A stretch of DNA of 64,000 nucleotides from Spirochaetota bacterium (GCA_963664815.2 CAXXHB010000003.1:4160001-4224000); one strand, 5' to 3'; numbered from the stretch's first letter, positions 11,190-21,206 are shown. Translations and numbers: made by a program. The notes: generated from the letters alone by a model not told the origin.

Positions 11190-12374
11190 TTATGCTTCTT
11201 CCGGCTGAGAAACAACCATAAAAATAGAATCTCCGTCGTTCAGTCTTGTCTTTTCAGTAAAATATTGTTCGGCTGATTCAGGTGCCACATAGCAGGCAGC
11301 CCCGATAAAAATATTTTCCTTTATATAATTATTTTTTCCTATAAGAGTGATACTTGAATTAAGTATATTCGGGAAATCATTATTTTTTATAAACTTCTCT
11401 TCGTTGCCGATTCTGCAATTTTTCCCCACATTATAACGTTTAGCATCGACTATAGTGGTCTCATCAACTATGGAGTTAATAATTCTTGCACCGGAACCAA
11501 TCTTCACAAATGGCAGAATTATTGAGTCAATAACAACTGCACCCTCATCAATATCAACACAGGGGAATATAATGCTGTTTTCAACCTTCCCGTTGATATA
11601 ACAATAGTCGGAGATAAATGAATTTTTTACCGAGCATTTTTCATCAAGCAAGGCAAAGCGGTTTGATTTAATGTTGCTCTTAATAATTTTTTCCCTGATC
11701 AGAGCATCAGAAATTTCTTTGTTCCAGACTATCTCTCTGTTAAGTGCATAATATTCAGTAACACTATTAATCGGCCAGTAATATGCATCAAGTGTTGTTG
11801 AATTGATTCCTGTATGAATTAAAGCATTTATCATCATTTCAAAAATATTTAGTGACCGGCTTTTTTCCCTGATGGCTTTTTTAATAAGGGAGATCAGTGT
11901 CTTTTTATCGCATATTAAAACCTTATATGCCATGGAAGCTTTATCATTAATTTTAAGCTTAACGAGCAATGCTTTTTTTCTTGATGCTTTGAATTTTTCA
12001 AACACTGCAGACAGGTTAATTATAGATGGATTATCACCATTATATAAAACGAAATATGAAGTTTCAGTGCCGATTAATACCTCCAGTATCGATTCTAGCC
12101 TGGAGGTATTAAAAGGGTAAACTGAAATTTTATGAGAATTACTACCGGCTGACTCAGTAGTATATTCGTCGAGATATTTCTGCAGCTCCTCTTCATCTGT
12201 GCTGAAAATTATCGTTTCTTTTGCATGAGAGGATACTGAATTCCGGATAGTAAAATCTACAACTCTGAATCTGCCACCTATAGGGAGCATATACCTCGAT
12301 CTTGAATCTGTTAGAGACAGCAGATTATCGCTCTTTGGTGTTGGATAAGATAATATTGTAAATCCGCTCATCAT
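11190..12374 (-). CDS. ADP-glucose pyrophosphorylase-like protein (GlgD-like, degenerate active site)
   Basis: LT..RSRYMLPIGGRFRVVDF matches the GlgC/GlgD N-terminus; C-terminal left-handed beta-helix (NSFISDYCYINGKVENSIIF); GGxGxRL motif absent. Confidence 0.75.
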   Translation of the reverse strand: MMSGFTILSYPTPKSDNLLSLTDSRSRYMLPIGGRFRVVDFTIRNSVSSHAKETIIFSTDEEELQKYLDEYTTESAGSNSHKISVYPFNTSRLESILEVLIGTETSYFVLYNGDNPSIINLSAVFEKFKASRKKALLVKLKINDKASMAYKVLICDKKTLISLIKKAIREKSRSLNIFEMMINALIHTGINSTTLDAYYWPINSVTEYYALNREIVWNKEISDALIREKIIKSNIKSNRFALLDEKCSVKNSFISDYCYINGKVENSIIFPCVDIDEGAVVIDSIILPFVKIGSGARIINSIVDETTIVDAKRYNVGKNCRIGNEEKFIKNNDFPNILNSSITLIGKNNYIKENIFIGAACYVAPESAEQYFTEKTRLNDGDSIFMVVSQPEEA

Positions 12375-12664
12375 TACTTCCGTGACAAAATATTTTCAGT
12401 CTTTATTCCTTAACTTTTGATAAAAAACATTTACTACTCCGAAAATTATTTCAACGGGGTAATACAATATTTTTAAAATTAAAATATGTTTTTAAGCTTT
12501 TTTTAATATACCGAAAAAATCAATTAAAAAAAATCAAATATAAATTTAAGGATATACCAACCACCTCTGTGCAATTAACCCATACATTTCACGACATATT
12601 GTACAGTTTATACCAGCAAATGAAGAACATATGGGAAAATATAAATCGAACCCAGTTTAAAAAT

Positions 12665-13660
12665 TTAATACTTCCTGAAAGAAGAGGATTTTTTAAAAAA
12701 CTCATGAAAAAGATTTTTTTCAAGCTGAAGAAGCCTGTTCTTTATCTGGTCGCTGTTTTCCTTGTTTATAATCTGATGTTCATAATAATCATAAAGCCAG
12801 AGGTATTTATTAATAATACGGGGGAGGATATTCGTGGCTTCAATATCATCGCTGTTCATCCTGCGAAAACTGTTTTCAAGATTGAAAACTTCCCGTTTAA
12901 GCGATTCAATCTGGTGCTTGTTCAGGTTTCTTCTTACATAAAAAATATCGGTTAGAAAACCGTACACTGGAATCCATTCCCTTACATCCCTGACATTTCT
13001 GCCGCTATCCCTTATGACTTCAATGATATCAATTATCGGTTTGGCCTCAATCAACATCAGATCAATCTGCGAGGGATCAATCTGGAACGCCTCCCTCATA
13101 TACAAAAGACATTTGGGAATATCATCCAAGTGATAATAGGATTCACCGAGTATAAAAAGAAGTTTAGCGTTGCTCTGATACGAGGTCATCGCATATTCTA
13201 ATGTTTCTATCGCAAACTTATATTCTTTCAACCTCAGAAAACATTCACCAAGATTTATCAGGAGGTCAAATTTATTATTGGTATCCTCATTATGTTGGAA
13301 AGCTAACTTGTAATGTTCGGCAGCCTTGAAGAATATATACTTCATCGCCGACCTGTACGCCGAGGAGGACTTCATTTCTTTATAAGAGGCATAATCCTCA
13401 AACGAATTCCATTCCTCCATAAGGAAATCAGCCGCCTTCTTCCCCTCGCTGGTTTTCTTTATCGCCTTTTCTCTGTTTGCCCAGAACTTGGCAGTTCTGT
13501 ATGCCTCAATTATACCAGGGTAATCAGGATTTAAATTCATCAGTTGATCTGATTTTTGTATTGCTTCCCCGAATTTTCCTTCGGAGATTAACTGGTATAT
13601 CTCGGCGCTTTCACGCATCAGTGGATCATCGGGGAATGTCATCTGTCCGTTATTATCCAT
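12665..13660 (-). CDS. TPR-containing protein
   Basis: TPR-like units LLINLGECFLRLKEYKFAIETLEYA and LLFILGESYYHLDDIPKCLLYMREAFQIDP. Confidence 0.8.
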   Translation of the reverse strand: MDNNGQMTFPDDPLMRESAEIYQLISEGKFGEAIQKSDQLMNLNPDYPGIIEAYRTAKFWANREKAIKKTSEGKKAADFLMEEWNSFEDYASYKEMKSSSAYRSAMKYIFFKAAEHYKLAFQHNEDTNNKFDLLINLGECFLRLKEYKFAIETLEYAMTSYQSNAKLLFILGESYYHLDDIPKCLLYMREAFQIDPSQIDLMLIEAKPIIDIIEVIRDSGRNVRDVREWIPVYGFLTDIFYVRRNLNKHQIESLKREVFNLENSFRRMNSDDIEATNILPRIINKYLWLYDYYEHQIINKENSDQIKNRLLQLEKNLFHEFFKKSSSFRKY

Positions 13661-13664
13661 GGCA

Positions 13665-15689
13665 TTAGAGAGTAATCAGGTTTCCTTTAATATCCGGCGC
13701 GTCACCGGGAACTATTAATACAACCTGCCTTCCGTTGAAAAATTCAGGTAATAATTTTTTCATATTCTCCGCAAATTCATTATCAGAAGAAAAAGGATCA
13801 ATTAAAAAAAACGGCGGGATGTAATCTCCTGAAAGCATTTCAGAGAATGCCGCTTTTATTGAAAAAGATATATATTTTTTTATTTCTTTATGTTCATTTT
13901 TTAAATTTCCATTCTCCAGTATAAGGATATTAATTGCGTTTTCAATATCATCCTTTATAAATGAATCACCTGTTAGCTTTAAAAATTTTTCATAAGTCAG
14001 ACGGGAAAGCTTCATAAGTTTTTCTCTGCTCCACTCTTCAGTGGTTTCTTCAAAAACAGTATTCAGAAATTTAATATGCTCTATCCTTTCGCAGCACATG
14101 TCGATCTGCTTTAATGTCTCTTCGAGTTTCAGTTCCACGGAGGAGGAGCTGTTTTCCTGTTTATCAAATTCTTCAATTTCCGCTTCAAATTTTTCTATCA
14201 GGGATTTTTTTTCATTTATTTCAGCATTGTTCTCATCAAAGAGTTCATCAATGTCATGAACTGTCCTGCTTATAGAATTAAGCTCTGGGCGAGGATGTAT
14301 AGAAAGATCAAGATTTTCAATCGCTACCCTGATACTGTTGTCAATACTTTCAATCTCGTCATTGATCTGGCCAAGCTTCTTTTCTTTTTCAATTAACGTA
14401 GTGGAGTTGGCTATTTTCTTTTTCAGATCCATCAGTTCATAAGTGATGTCCCTGTAATTTATAAAATCCTCAAAATACTGAAACAGGATTTCGTAAAGTT
14501 CACCTGTTTTATAATCATCAACCGAGAAACTGTTTTTTTTAAAAAGGTCAATAAGATCATTTTCCATTTTCTTTTTCTGCTCAAGAAGTTCGGCAGGCTG
14601 TATATTCCTGAATTTGAAATAATACAGTAAAGAGGTTAATCCAGCAATAGCAGCTGCCACTCCGGCAGTCATTCCAAGAGTATATGACGCAGTCGATGTA
14701 AACAACAGAAATAAAAAAGCCGTGAAGGAAAAAATTATCATAGAAACTATTATTTTTATAATCCAGCCTTTGTAATTCTTTTTTTTAAGATTGTATTTAT
14801 CAAGTTTTTCATTAATATCCCTGAATGCATTAAAAGATTCCTGTATCTGTTCCAGATCCGGGATTTGATCGTTACCCTTCCCGGAAAAATGTGAGAATTT
14901 TTCTTTTAATACTTTTTCAACAGATGTTATTTTTTCTTTAATTTCCCTTAATTCAATTAAGTCTTTTTTCAGATTGTTGATTTTTGAAGACAACTTGTTT
15001 CTGTTATCGATTTGCATATTAATTTCATCAAGTGACATTTTATACTTATTAATGGATTCTTTTCTTTTTTCAAGTTTATGAACAATACGATCTGTTAAGT
15101 GAATCTCTTTTTGCAGTTTCACTTTTTTCATCTTTTTTAATTCCAGCAGCTGTTTCTCCCTATTAATATCCGTCAGCACTTTTTCCTGATTTTGCAGCAA
15201 TATCTCTCTATTCTCAAAATAAGGAAACCCGATATTGTGGATTTCATTATTAATTAATAGAGTTTTCAGTCTTTTATTTAAAAAGACAGGATCTTCATCT
15301 TTATGAATCAGCACGGGATAATAATATGACGAGGTCATGAAATCAGCATAATTACAGATTTTCCGGCTTTTCAGTGAATCTGATATTTCATCTATTTTCA
15401 GATGATCAATGGATGTTTCTAAATCAGCATCTGTCGGAATGCCGCTCGCGGAATTCAATCTGTTTTTATTTACCGGCGTATCAGGTGAAAAGTTTATTTT
15501 GCATGAAATATTTTTTGTTATGTAATCAGTCTTATCATACTCCAGCTTGTAAATTCCAAGTTCGGGAATCTGTTTAAAAACATTAAAAAGTTCCATATCC
15601 TGTATTGATATGATATTTAGATCTTCACTGAATTCAATTTTCAGGCTTTCAATTTCGGAAGAAGAGATCTCAAGATTTAAAAGTCGCAA
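13665..15689 (-). CDS. Rad50/SbcC/YhaN-like coiled-coil protein with central TM hairpin and degenerate ATPase head
   Basis: N-terminus MRLLNLEI..IEFSEDLNII resembles an SMC head; long coiled coils flank 2 TM helices; C-terminal PPFFLIDPF..RQVVLI resembles Walker B/H-loop region. Confidence 0.7.
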   Translation of the reverse strand: MRLLNLEISSSEIESLKIEFSEDLNIISIQDMELFNVFKQIPELGIYKLEYDKTDYITKNISCKINFSPDTPVNKNRLNSASGIPTDADLETSIDHLKIDEISDSLKSRKICNYADFMTSSYYYPVLIHKDEDPVFLNKRLKTLLINNEIHNIGFPYFENREILLQNQEKVLTDINREKQLLELKKMKKVKLQKEIHLTDRIVHKLEKRKESINKYKMSLDEINMQIDNRNKLSSKINNLKKDLIELREIKEKITSVEKVLKEKFSHFSGKGNDQIPDLEQIQESFNAFRDINEKLDKYNLKKKNYKGWIIKIIVSMIIFSFTAFLFLLFTSTASYTLGMTAGVAAAIAGLTSLLYYFKFRNIQPAELLEQKKKMENDLIDLFKKNSFSVDDYKTGELYEILFQYFEDFINYRDITYELMDLKKKIANSTTLIEKEKKLGQINDEIESIDNSIRVAIENLDLSIHPRPELNSISRTVHDIDELFDENNAEINEKKSLIEKFEAEIEEFDKQENSSSSVELKLEETLKQIDMCCERIEHIKFLNTVFEETTEEWSREKLMKLSRLTYEKFLKLTGDSFIKDDIENAINILILENGNLKNEHKEIKKYISFSIKAAFSEMLSGDYIPPFFLIDPFSSDNEFAENMKKLLPEFFNGRQVVLIVPGDAPDIKGNLITL

Positions 15690-16786
15690 AGTACAACCTC
15701 CTCTTTCTTCCCGTTCGATTTTTTTTGAGACAGCACATCTGCAATTATTTCTCTTCTGATTTTCTCATCAGGCATAACGCTTATCCGTTCACTCAATATC
15801 CGAAAAAAAGAACCTTTCAATGAATCGTTCTTTATATTCTCTTCTATCATTACCTTCAGAGAAGAGGAAGATGTATCGATGATTTTCAATCCTCTGAGGT
15901 AACCAGCTAGTTCGGTTTTAAAATTATTCTCTATAATAAAATCCCGTTCACCTGTAAGAGTTATAAATACAATACTTTGATTGGGATAAGTTGATCTGAT
16001 TTTTTCATTAAGGCTATTCTCATTAATAAGCGTACCACAATCAATCTCATCACTAAGTATTTTACCGGTATTTACAGCAATTCTTTTAAAATTATTAAGT
16101 GTATTTTCCTCCACTTCAAAAGATACAACAAACCTGTCACCACTTTCGTTAATTGAACATGGCTCCGGACTCCCCGGGTATGCTCCGAGAATCTTATTTG
16201 CTAACCTGAATAACTTAAAATTATGATTTTTACCCAGGGCGTAAAAATCAAGATTCATCTTTTTAATATCATCTTTTTTTATACAATTTCTGTCAGGTTT
16301 TCCTCCATTCTGCGGATTAAAATCCGTATAAAACAAACCTATATGAAAACCACTGCTATCTGCCCGTTCAATATTCCATTCTTTATTTGAACTGTTGCTC
16401 TGTAGACCGTAAATATAAATATCACCCAGGGAAGATTTAACATAATATTGACTTTTATCATCAGAGAATACAAACGTTGCGCCTATATCCTTTATCTCCG
16501 GGTTTACCCTGTTACTGGGTGTTAATTCTCCCAAACCGGGTGTATAAAATATCTCCTTGCCAGCTTCCTTTAAAGCAGAAAACTCTTCTTTCAGCTCCTT
16601 ATAATATTTTCCTTCGATATTTTCATCTTGAATTAAATCCCCGGCAATAAGCAGGATATCATGTTTATGCGCAAGAGAAAATATTCTCTTTAATGTATTC
16701 AGTCTCTCATCTCCGGAAATCAATGAATTTAATCTTTCCATTCCTAAATGAATATCTGAGATAAGAAGTATTTTTATTTTTCCCAT
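15677..16786 (-). CDS. Mre11/SbcD/YhaO-like metallophosphoesterase-fold protein (degenerate metal motifs)
   Basis: ISDIHLG, IAGDL, DFYALG and YPGSPEP motifs; GNHD replaced by GLGE and GHxH replaced by GKNH. Confidence 0.85.
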   Translation of the reverse strand: MGKIKILLISDIHLGMERLNSLISGDERLNTLKRIFSLAHKHDILLIAGDLIQDENIEGKYYKELKEEFSALKEAGKEIFYTPGLGELTPSNRVNPEIKDIGATFVFSDDKSQYYVKSSLGDIYIYGLQSNSSNKEWNIERADSSGFHIGLFYTDFNPQNGGKPDRNCIKKDDIKKMNLDFYALGKNHNFKLFRLANKILGAYPGSPEPCSINESGDRFVVSFEVEENTLNNFKRIAVNTGKILSDEIDCGTLINENSLNEKIRSTYPNQSIVFITLTGERDFIIENNFKTELAGYLRGLKIIDTSSSSLKVMIEENIKNDSLKGSFFRILSERISVMPDEKIRREIIADVLSQKKSNGKKEEVVLCDF

Positions 16787-17055
16787 GTAAGATTTATGCT
16801 CTCAATAGTGTTTATAAAAATTTTTACATTTCTGTGTATAGTATAATTTATAATTTGTCGATAAAAAAAAACAATTACCTGATATAAAGATAATAAATTC
16901 AATCTGTTTCAAAAGCCAGCAGCAAACCTGTACATAAAATTTATTTTATAAACTATCTGTGTTATTTTATTGACAAATACAGTAAAAAAGCAAGGTTACT
17001 TAAAATTATAATACTTTTTATTAACCATTAGTATTTTCAGCAGCCCTAAAAAAGA

Positions 17056-17152
17056 CAGTGTTTTCGCATCTGCCGGACACCCGTTACGACGTGTTCAATG
17101 CATCGCCGTAGCACTTATAAAGGGATTTATAAGCCTTGGTCCTGTAAAACTG
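17056..17152 (+). ncRNA. Candidate structured RNA element
   Basis: GC-richer island in an AT-rich spacer with hairpins GGACA-cc-CGT[TACG]ACG-TGTTC and CTTATAAA[GGGA]TTTATAAG plus a possible closing stem. Confidence 0.35.
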
Positions 17153-17246
17153 ATTTATTGATACTACCTAATAATAGATCAAATACAGAGGGTAATTATT
17201 CCAAAGTTCCTTATAGAATAGCGGAAATTAATGAATTGATTTTAAA

Positions 17247-17273
17247 ATATTGTTAACTGATTAACAATATAAT
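17247..17273. promoter_or_regulatory. Perfect inverted repeat resembling a Rex operator, abutting TATAAT
   Basis: ATATTGTTAA-CTGA-TTAACAATAT (17247-17270); TATAAT at 17268-17273. Confidence 0.5.
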
Positions 17274-17298
17274 ATTATATTTTAGTATGTGAGTATAT

Positions 17299-18330
17299 AT
17301 GAATAGTGATAAAGACAATAACAAGATTAATGAAGAGGTTGAATTTACATATTTTAAGCCTGTAAAGAGACTCGTTCTTATTTTTTTCATAGGTTTTTCT
17401 GTTTACCTTTTCATTTCCACCATGATGCTTATTTTTTTGACAAAGTCTTCTCCTGAGGTAAAAATACCGGATATTATCGGTAAAAGATTTGTTGATGTAA
17501 GCAACAGCTTAACAAGAAAAGGTCTCCGTACAGAGCTTAAATTTGTTGATGTTTATGATATAGAAGATGGAGTAATCCTCAATCAGTATCCCGAAAGCGG
17601 GAGAATAGCACTTGAGGATAGTAAAATAACACTTACCATAAGCAGAAGCAAATTCTTTATAGATGTTCCAAATCTCATCGGTTCACAACTCCCTATAGCC
17701 ATTAACAAACTTAAAAATCTTCACTATCAGGATAAATCTGTATCAATAAGTACTGGAGTTATCTCTTATATTCCTTCTGATAAAACAGCATCAAATGTAA
17801 TAATTGACCAGTCTCCAAAAGCGGGAACAAAAATCTCTCCCGAGGTTAAGATAAATTTTCTTGTTTCAAGCGGTCCTACTGGAGCTGATAAAAATATGCC
17901 GGATATTACAGGTCAGTCTATTGATCTATGTTATGACCTTCTCCTGTCAAAAGGTGTAGTGGTTAACCAGGATATTGTTAAAACAGACGATATAAATAAA
18001 AGCGGGCTTATAAACACTCAAAGCATTCCTGCAGGAACATTGCTCAAGGATAGCGATATTGTAACTATATCTGTTAATTATTATACACTTACTGAGCATC
18101 CTTACACTGCATACGAACTTATTGAGTATATAATTCCCTCTGATCAGGCACAAGGTCTTTATGAAGTTTATATTGAAGATAACCACTCAAAACGTATAAG
18201 ATTCTCATCACCTTCTGGTCCCGGACAGAAGATAAGATTTCTCTTCCAGAGAATTGGCAACGCAAAGATTTATATTAACAGGGATAAAAAAAATATCAGG
18301 GTGTTGAGTATTAATGCCAACAGGTTCTAA
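17299..18330 (+). CDS. PASTA domain-containing membrane protein
   Basis: One TM followed by three PASTA-like repeats (IPDIIGK..QYPESG, VPNLIG..QSPKAG, MPDITG..QSIPAG). Confidence 0.9.
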   Translation: MNSDKDNNKINEEVEFTYFKPVKRLVLIFFIGFSVYLFISTMMLIFLTKSSPEVKIPDIIGKRFVDVSNSLTRKGLRTELKFVDVYDIEDGVILNQYPESGRIALEDSKITLTISRSKFFIDVPNLIGSQLPIAINKLKNLHYQDKSVSISTGVISYIPSDKTASNVIIDQSPKAGTKISPEVKINFLVSSGPTGADKNMPDITGQSIDLCYDLLLSKGVVVNQDIVKTDDINKSGLINTQSIPAGTLLKDSDIVTISVNYYTLTEHPYTAYELIEYIIPSDQAQGLYEVYIEDNHSKRIRFSSPSGPGQKIRFLFQRIGNAKIYINRDKKNIRVLSINANRF

Positions 18331-18991
18331 AAATATAATAATATCACCCTCCATTATTGCGGGTGACCTTTCTACAATTGGAAAAGACGTAGCAGGTTTT
18401 GATCCATTAACAATAGACTTACTTCATATGGATGTTATGGATGGTAATTTTGTTCCAAATCTTACATTTGGCCCAGGTTTTATTAACGACTTAAAAAAAC
18501 ATACAGATATTCCTCTGGATATTCATCTTATGATTGAAAAACCGGAGAATTCCCTGGAGCGATATATTGAACTTTTACCTGAATATATTGTTATACATTA
18601 CGAAAGCACAAGGTTCCCAGCAAGAAGTCTGAAGCTCATAAGTGAAAACGGGATTAAACCAGGCATAGCATTAAATCCTGCCACTCCGATTGAAGCTGTT
18701 TTTGATCTTATTGAATATTGCAATATGATACTTATTATGTCAGTCGATCCCGGTTTTTATGGCCAGTCCTTCATGAAAGGTTCCATTTCTAGAATTGAAA
18801 AACTGAAAGAATGTCTTGTTTCATCCGACTATACCAATATAAAAATACAGGTTGACGGGGGGATTAGTGAATTAAATATTAGAGATGTTGTCTCCGCCGG
18901 AGCGGATGTTATTGTTGCCGGAAGCTCACTCTTTAAAGGAGGAGATGTTAACGGGAATGCTGTAAAGTTAAAAAATGTAGCAGCCGGATAA
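18314..18991 (+). CDS. rpe: Ribulose-phosphate 3-epimerase
   Basis: SPSI, HMDVMDGNFVPNLTFG, DIHLM, MSVDPGF, VDGGI. Confidence 0.97.
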   Translation: MPTGSKNIIISPSIIAGDLSTIGKDVAGFDPLTIDLLHMDVMDGNFVPNLTFGPGFINDLKKHTDIPLDIHLMIEKPENSLERYIELLPEYIVIHYESTRFPARSLKLISENGIKPGIALNPATPIEAVFDLIEYCNMILIMSVDPGFYGQSFMKGSISRIEKLKECLVSSDYTNIKIQVDGGISELNIRDVVSAGADVIVAGSSLFKGGDVNGNAVKLKNVAAG

Positions 18992-18997
18992 TTAATG

Positions 18998-19026
18998 TTG
19001 ACAAAAAAATAAGGGTTAAAAATAAT
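18998..19026 (+). promoter_or_regulatory. Putative sigma70 promoter of the rpsP operon
   Basis: TTGACA, 17 nt spacer, AATAAT. Confidence 0.6.
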
Positions 19027-19060
19027 TTACACCCTAACTATATCAAAAGAGGTGGGTTAA

Positions 19061-19324
19061 GTGTCGGTTAAAATTCGATTACAGAGAGTAGGAACAAAGA
19101 AAAAACCATTCTATAGAGTGGCTGCTACAGATAGCAGAAAAAAGAGAGATGGTGATGTGATAGAGTACATAGGGAAATATCAGCCGATTATTACCGATAA
19201 ACAATTTGTTGTTGACGAAGAAAAAGTATTAAAATGGCTCAATCTGGGCGCACAACCTACAGATACTATTAAAGAACTGCTGAAAAAAGAAGGGATCTGG
19301 CAAAAGTTTACAAGCACTAAATAA
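19061..19324 (+). CDS. rpsP: 30S ribosomal protein S16
   Basis: [35 protein letters not shown]; GTG start with GAGGTG RBS. Confidence 0.98.
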   Translation: MSVKIRLQRVGTKKKPFYRVAATDSRKKRDGDVIEYIGKYQPIITDKQFVVDEEKVLKWLNLGAQPTDTIKELLKKEGIWQKFTSTK

Positions 19325-19341
19325 ACTATCAGGAGACGCTA

Positions 19342-19578
19342 ATGAATTACAGTGAGCTTGTAGGTTATATGGTAAAATCTCTTGTGGATCATCCCGATCA
19401 GGTTGAAATAAGAGAAATTGAAGGCGAAAAATCAACAATTCTTGAACTGAAAGTGATAAAAGAGGATATTGGAAAAGTTATAGGAAAGCATGGAAGAATT
19501 GCCCGAGCTATAAGAACAATTATAAATGCCTCTGCCACAAAATCCGGGAAAAGAGTTGTACTGGAAATTCTTGATTGA
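19342..19578 (+). CDS. khpA: KH domain RNA-binding protein
   Basis: LVDHPDQV, DIGKVIGKHGRIARAIRT; lies between rpsP and rimM. Confidence 0.93.
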   Translation: MNYSELVGYMVKSLVDHPDQVEIREIEGEKSTILELKVIKEDIGKVIGKHGRIARAIRTIINASATKSGKRVVLEILD

Positions 19579-20108
19579 TCCCTGAAAATAATTATCTGAG
19601 AATAGCTAAAATTAAAAGTGCCCATAGCCTTGACGGGAAACTTAAAATTTATGTCATATCCGATATTGCTGAAAGGTTTAAAGAAGGAAACTCTGTTTTT
19701 CTGAAAATTAAAGAAGAATACAGAAAATTTAAAATACTCAGTTTCAACCCCGTGAAGAAAAGAATTGCCCTAATTAAACTTGAGGGTATAAACGACAGGA
19801 ATAGTGCGGAATTATTCAATGGTGTTGAAATTTATATTGATAAAACTACTGCCGAAAGTATCAGACCTGAACTTGATAATGATACTTTCTTTTATCAGGA
19901 TATCATTGGTTGCAAAGTGACGTATAACGGCAGTGATTTTGGTACAGTTGCAGATATATTTGAAGGTGGTTCAGGCGACCTTCTTGTAATTGATGATAAA
20001 AAAGGGGAAACTGTTCTCATCCCGTTTGTTGAAGAGATGGTTAATACATCTAAAATTGCGGATAAGATTATTGAGATAACACCCGTCGAGGGATTGCTTG
20101 ATTATTAG
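19575..20108 (+). CDS. rimM: 16S rRNA processing protein RimM
   Basis: AHSLDGKLK, EGINDRNSAE, FFYQDIIG, VLIPFV; operon position. Confidence 0.93.
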   Translation: MIPENNYLRIAKIKSAHSLDGKLKIYVISDIAERFKEGNSVFLKIKEEYRKFKILSFNPVKKRIALIKLEGINDRNSAELFNGVEIYIDKTTAESIRPELDNDTFFYQDIIGCKVTYNGSDFGTVADIFEGGSGDLLVIDDKKGETVLIPFVEEMVNTSKIADKIIEITPVEGLLDY

Positions 20109-20796
20109 GATTTATACGCTTTTCCCGGATTTCTTCCATTCACCTTTTAAATCAGGGTTAATGGGAAAAGCTGTTGAGTCTGGAATAATAGAATTTAATA
20201 TCATTGATATAAGGAATTATTCGAAAGACAAATTCAAAAGATGTGATGATTATCCTTATGGCGGCGGATCGGGGATGGTACTGATGCCATCTCCACTTTT
20301 TGAAGCAATTGAGGCAAATGAATCCGGGGAATCATGTATTTTATACACCTCCCCTTCAGGAACTACTCTTACACAGAATATTGTTAAGGAACTCGGAACC
20401 AGTGCAGAGATTTCAATAATCTGCGGACATTATGAAGGGATTGACCAGAGAGTAATTGATAAGTTTGCCAATAAAGAAATTTCAATTGGAGATTATGTTT
20501 TATCCGGCGGTGAATTTGCCGCTTTAGTAATTACGGATGCTGTCGCAAGGTATATACCAGGATTTATGTCCAATAAAGATTCACTTCTTGAAGAAAGCTT
20601 TGAATCTGATCTTCTGGAATATTCTCATTATACCAGGCCCTCACAATTCAGAGGAATGAGAGTACCTGAAGTTTTAATTGAAGGTGATCATAAAAAAATT
20701 GCAGATTGGCGGCATCAGATGAGAGTGAAAAAGACTAAGGGCGTCAGGCCTGATCTTTATAAAAAATATCTTATGAGATTAATATTAGGGGAGTGA
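20098..20796 (+). CDS. trmD: tRNA (guanine-37-N1)-methyltransferase
   Basis: [38 protein letters not shown]. Confidence 0.97.
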   Translation: MIIRIYTLFPDFFHSPFKSGLMGKAVESGIIEFNIIDIRNYSKDKFKRCDDYPYGGGSGMVLMPSPLFEAIEANESGESCILYTSPSGTTLTQNIVKELGTSAEISIICGHYEGIDQRVIDKFANKEISIGDYVLSGGEFAALVITDAVARYIPGFMSNKDSLLEESFESDLLEYSHYTRPSQFRGMRVPEVLIEGDHKKIADWRHQMRVKKTKGVRPDLYKKYLMRLILGE

Positions 20797-20801
20797 CCGA
20801 A

Positions 20802-21206
20802 ATGGATATAATGCAGGCAATAGAAAAGGATATAAAACCTGTTGAAAGAACCGTAGACTTTGAGATTGGTGATACAATCCGCGTTCATTACAAAATCATT
20901 GAAGGCAACAGAGAAAGAATTCAGGTTTATGAGGGTATTGTAATAGCAATTGATAATAAAGGAATCAGTAAAACTTTTACTGTTAGAAAAATATCATTTG
21001 ATGTTGGAGTAGAAAGGATTTTTCCTGTATTCTCACCGAGAATAGCTAAAATCGAGATTGTAAGAAAAGGTAAGGTAAGAAGAGCTAAACTTTATTTCCT
21101 CCGAGACCTTAAGGGTAAAGCAGCCAAGATTAAAGAGAAGAGAAAATCTTCAAAAAAAGATAAAAAAGGCACTGTTCCCGCTACAAATGACACAGTTGTT
21201 AAATAG
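20802..21206 (+). CDS. rplS: 50S ribosomal protein L19
   Basis: [46 protein letters not shown]; ATG at 20802 after GGGGAG. Confidence 0.98.
   Translation: MDIMQAIEKDIKPVERTVDFEIGDTIRVHYKIIEGNRERIQVYEGIVIAIDNKGISKTFTVRKISFDVGVERIFPVFSPRIAKIEIVRKGKVRRAKLYFLRDLKGKAAKIKEKRKSSKKDKKGTVPATNDTVVK

Noticed and set aside
13665-16786. Known SMC-based defence system (Wadjet or Lamassu)
   Set aside because: No kleisin, KITE or effector genes, ATPase motifs are lost, and the context is housekeeping.
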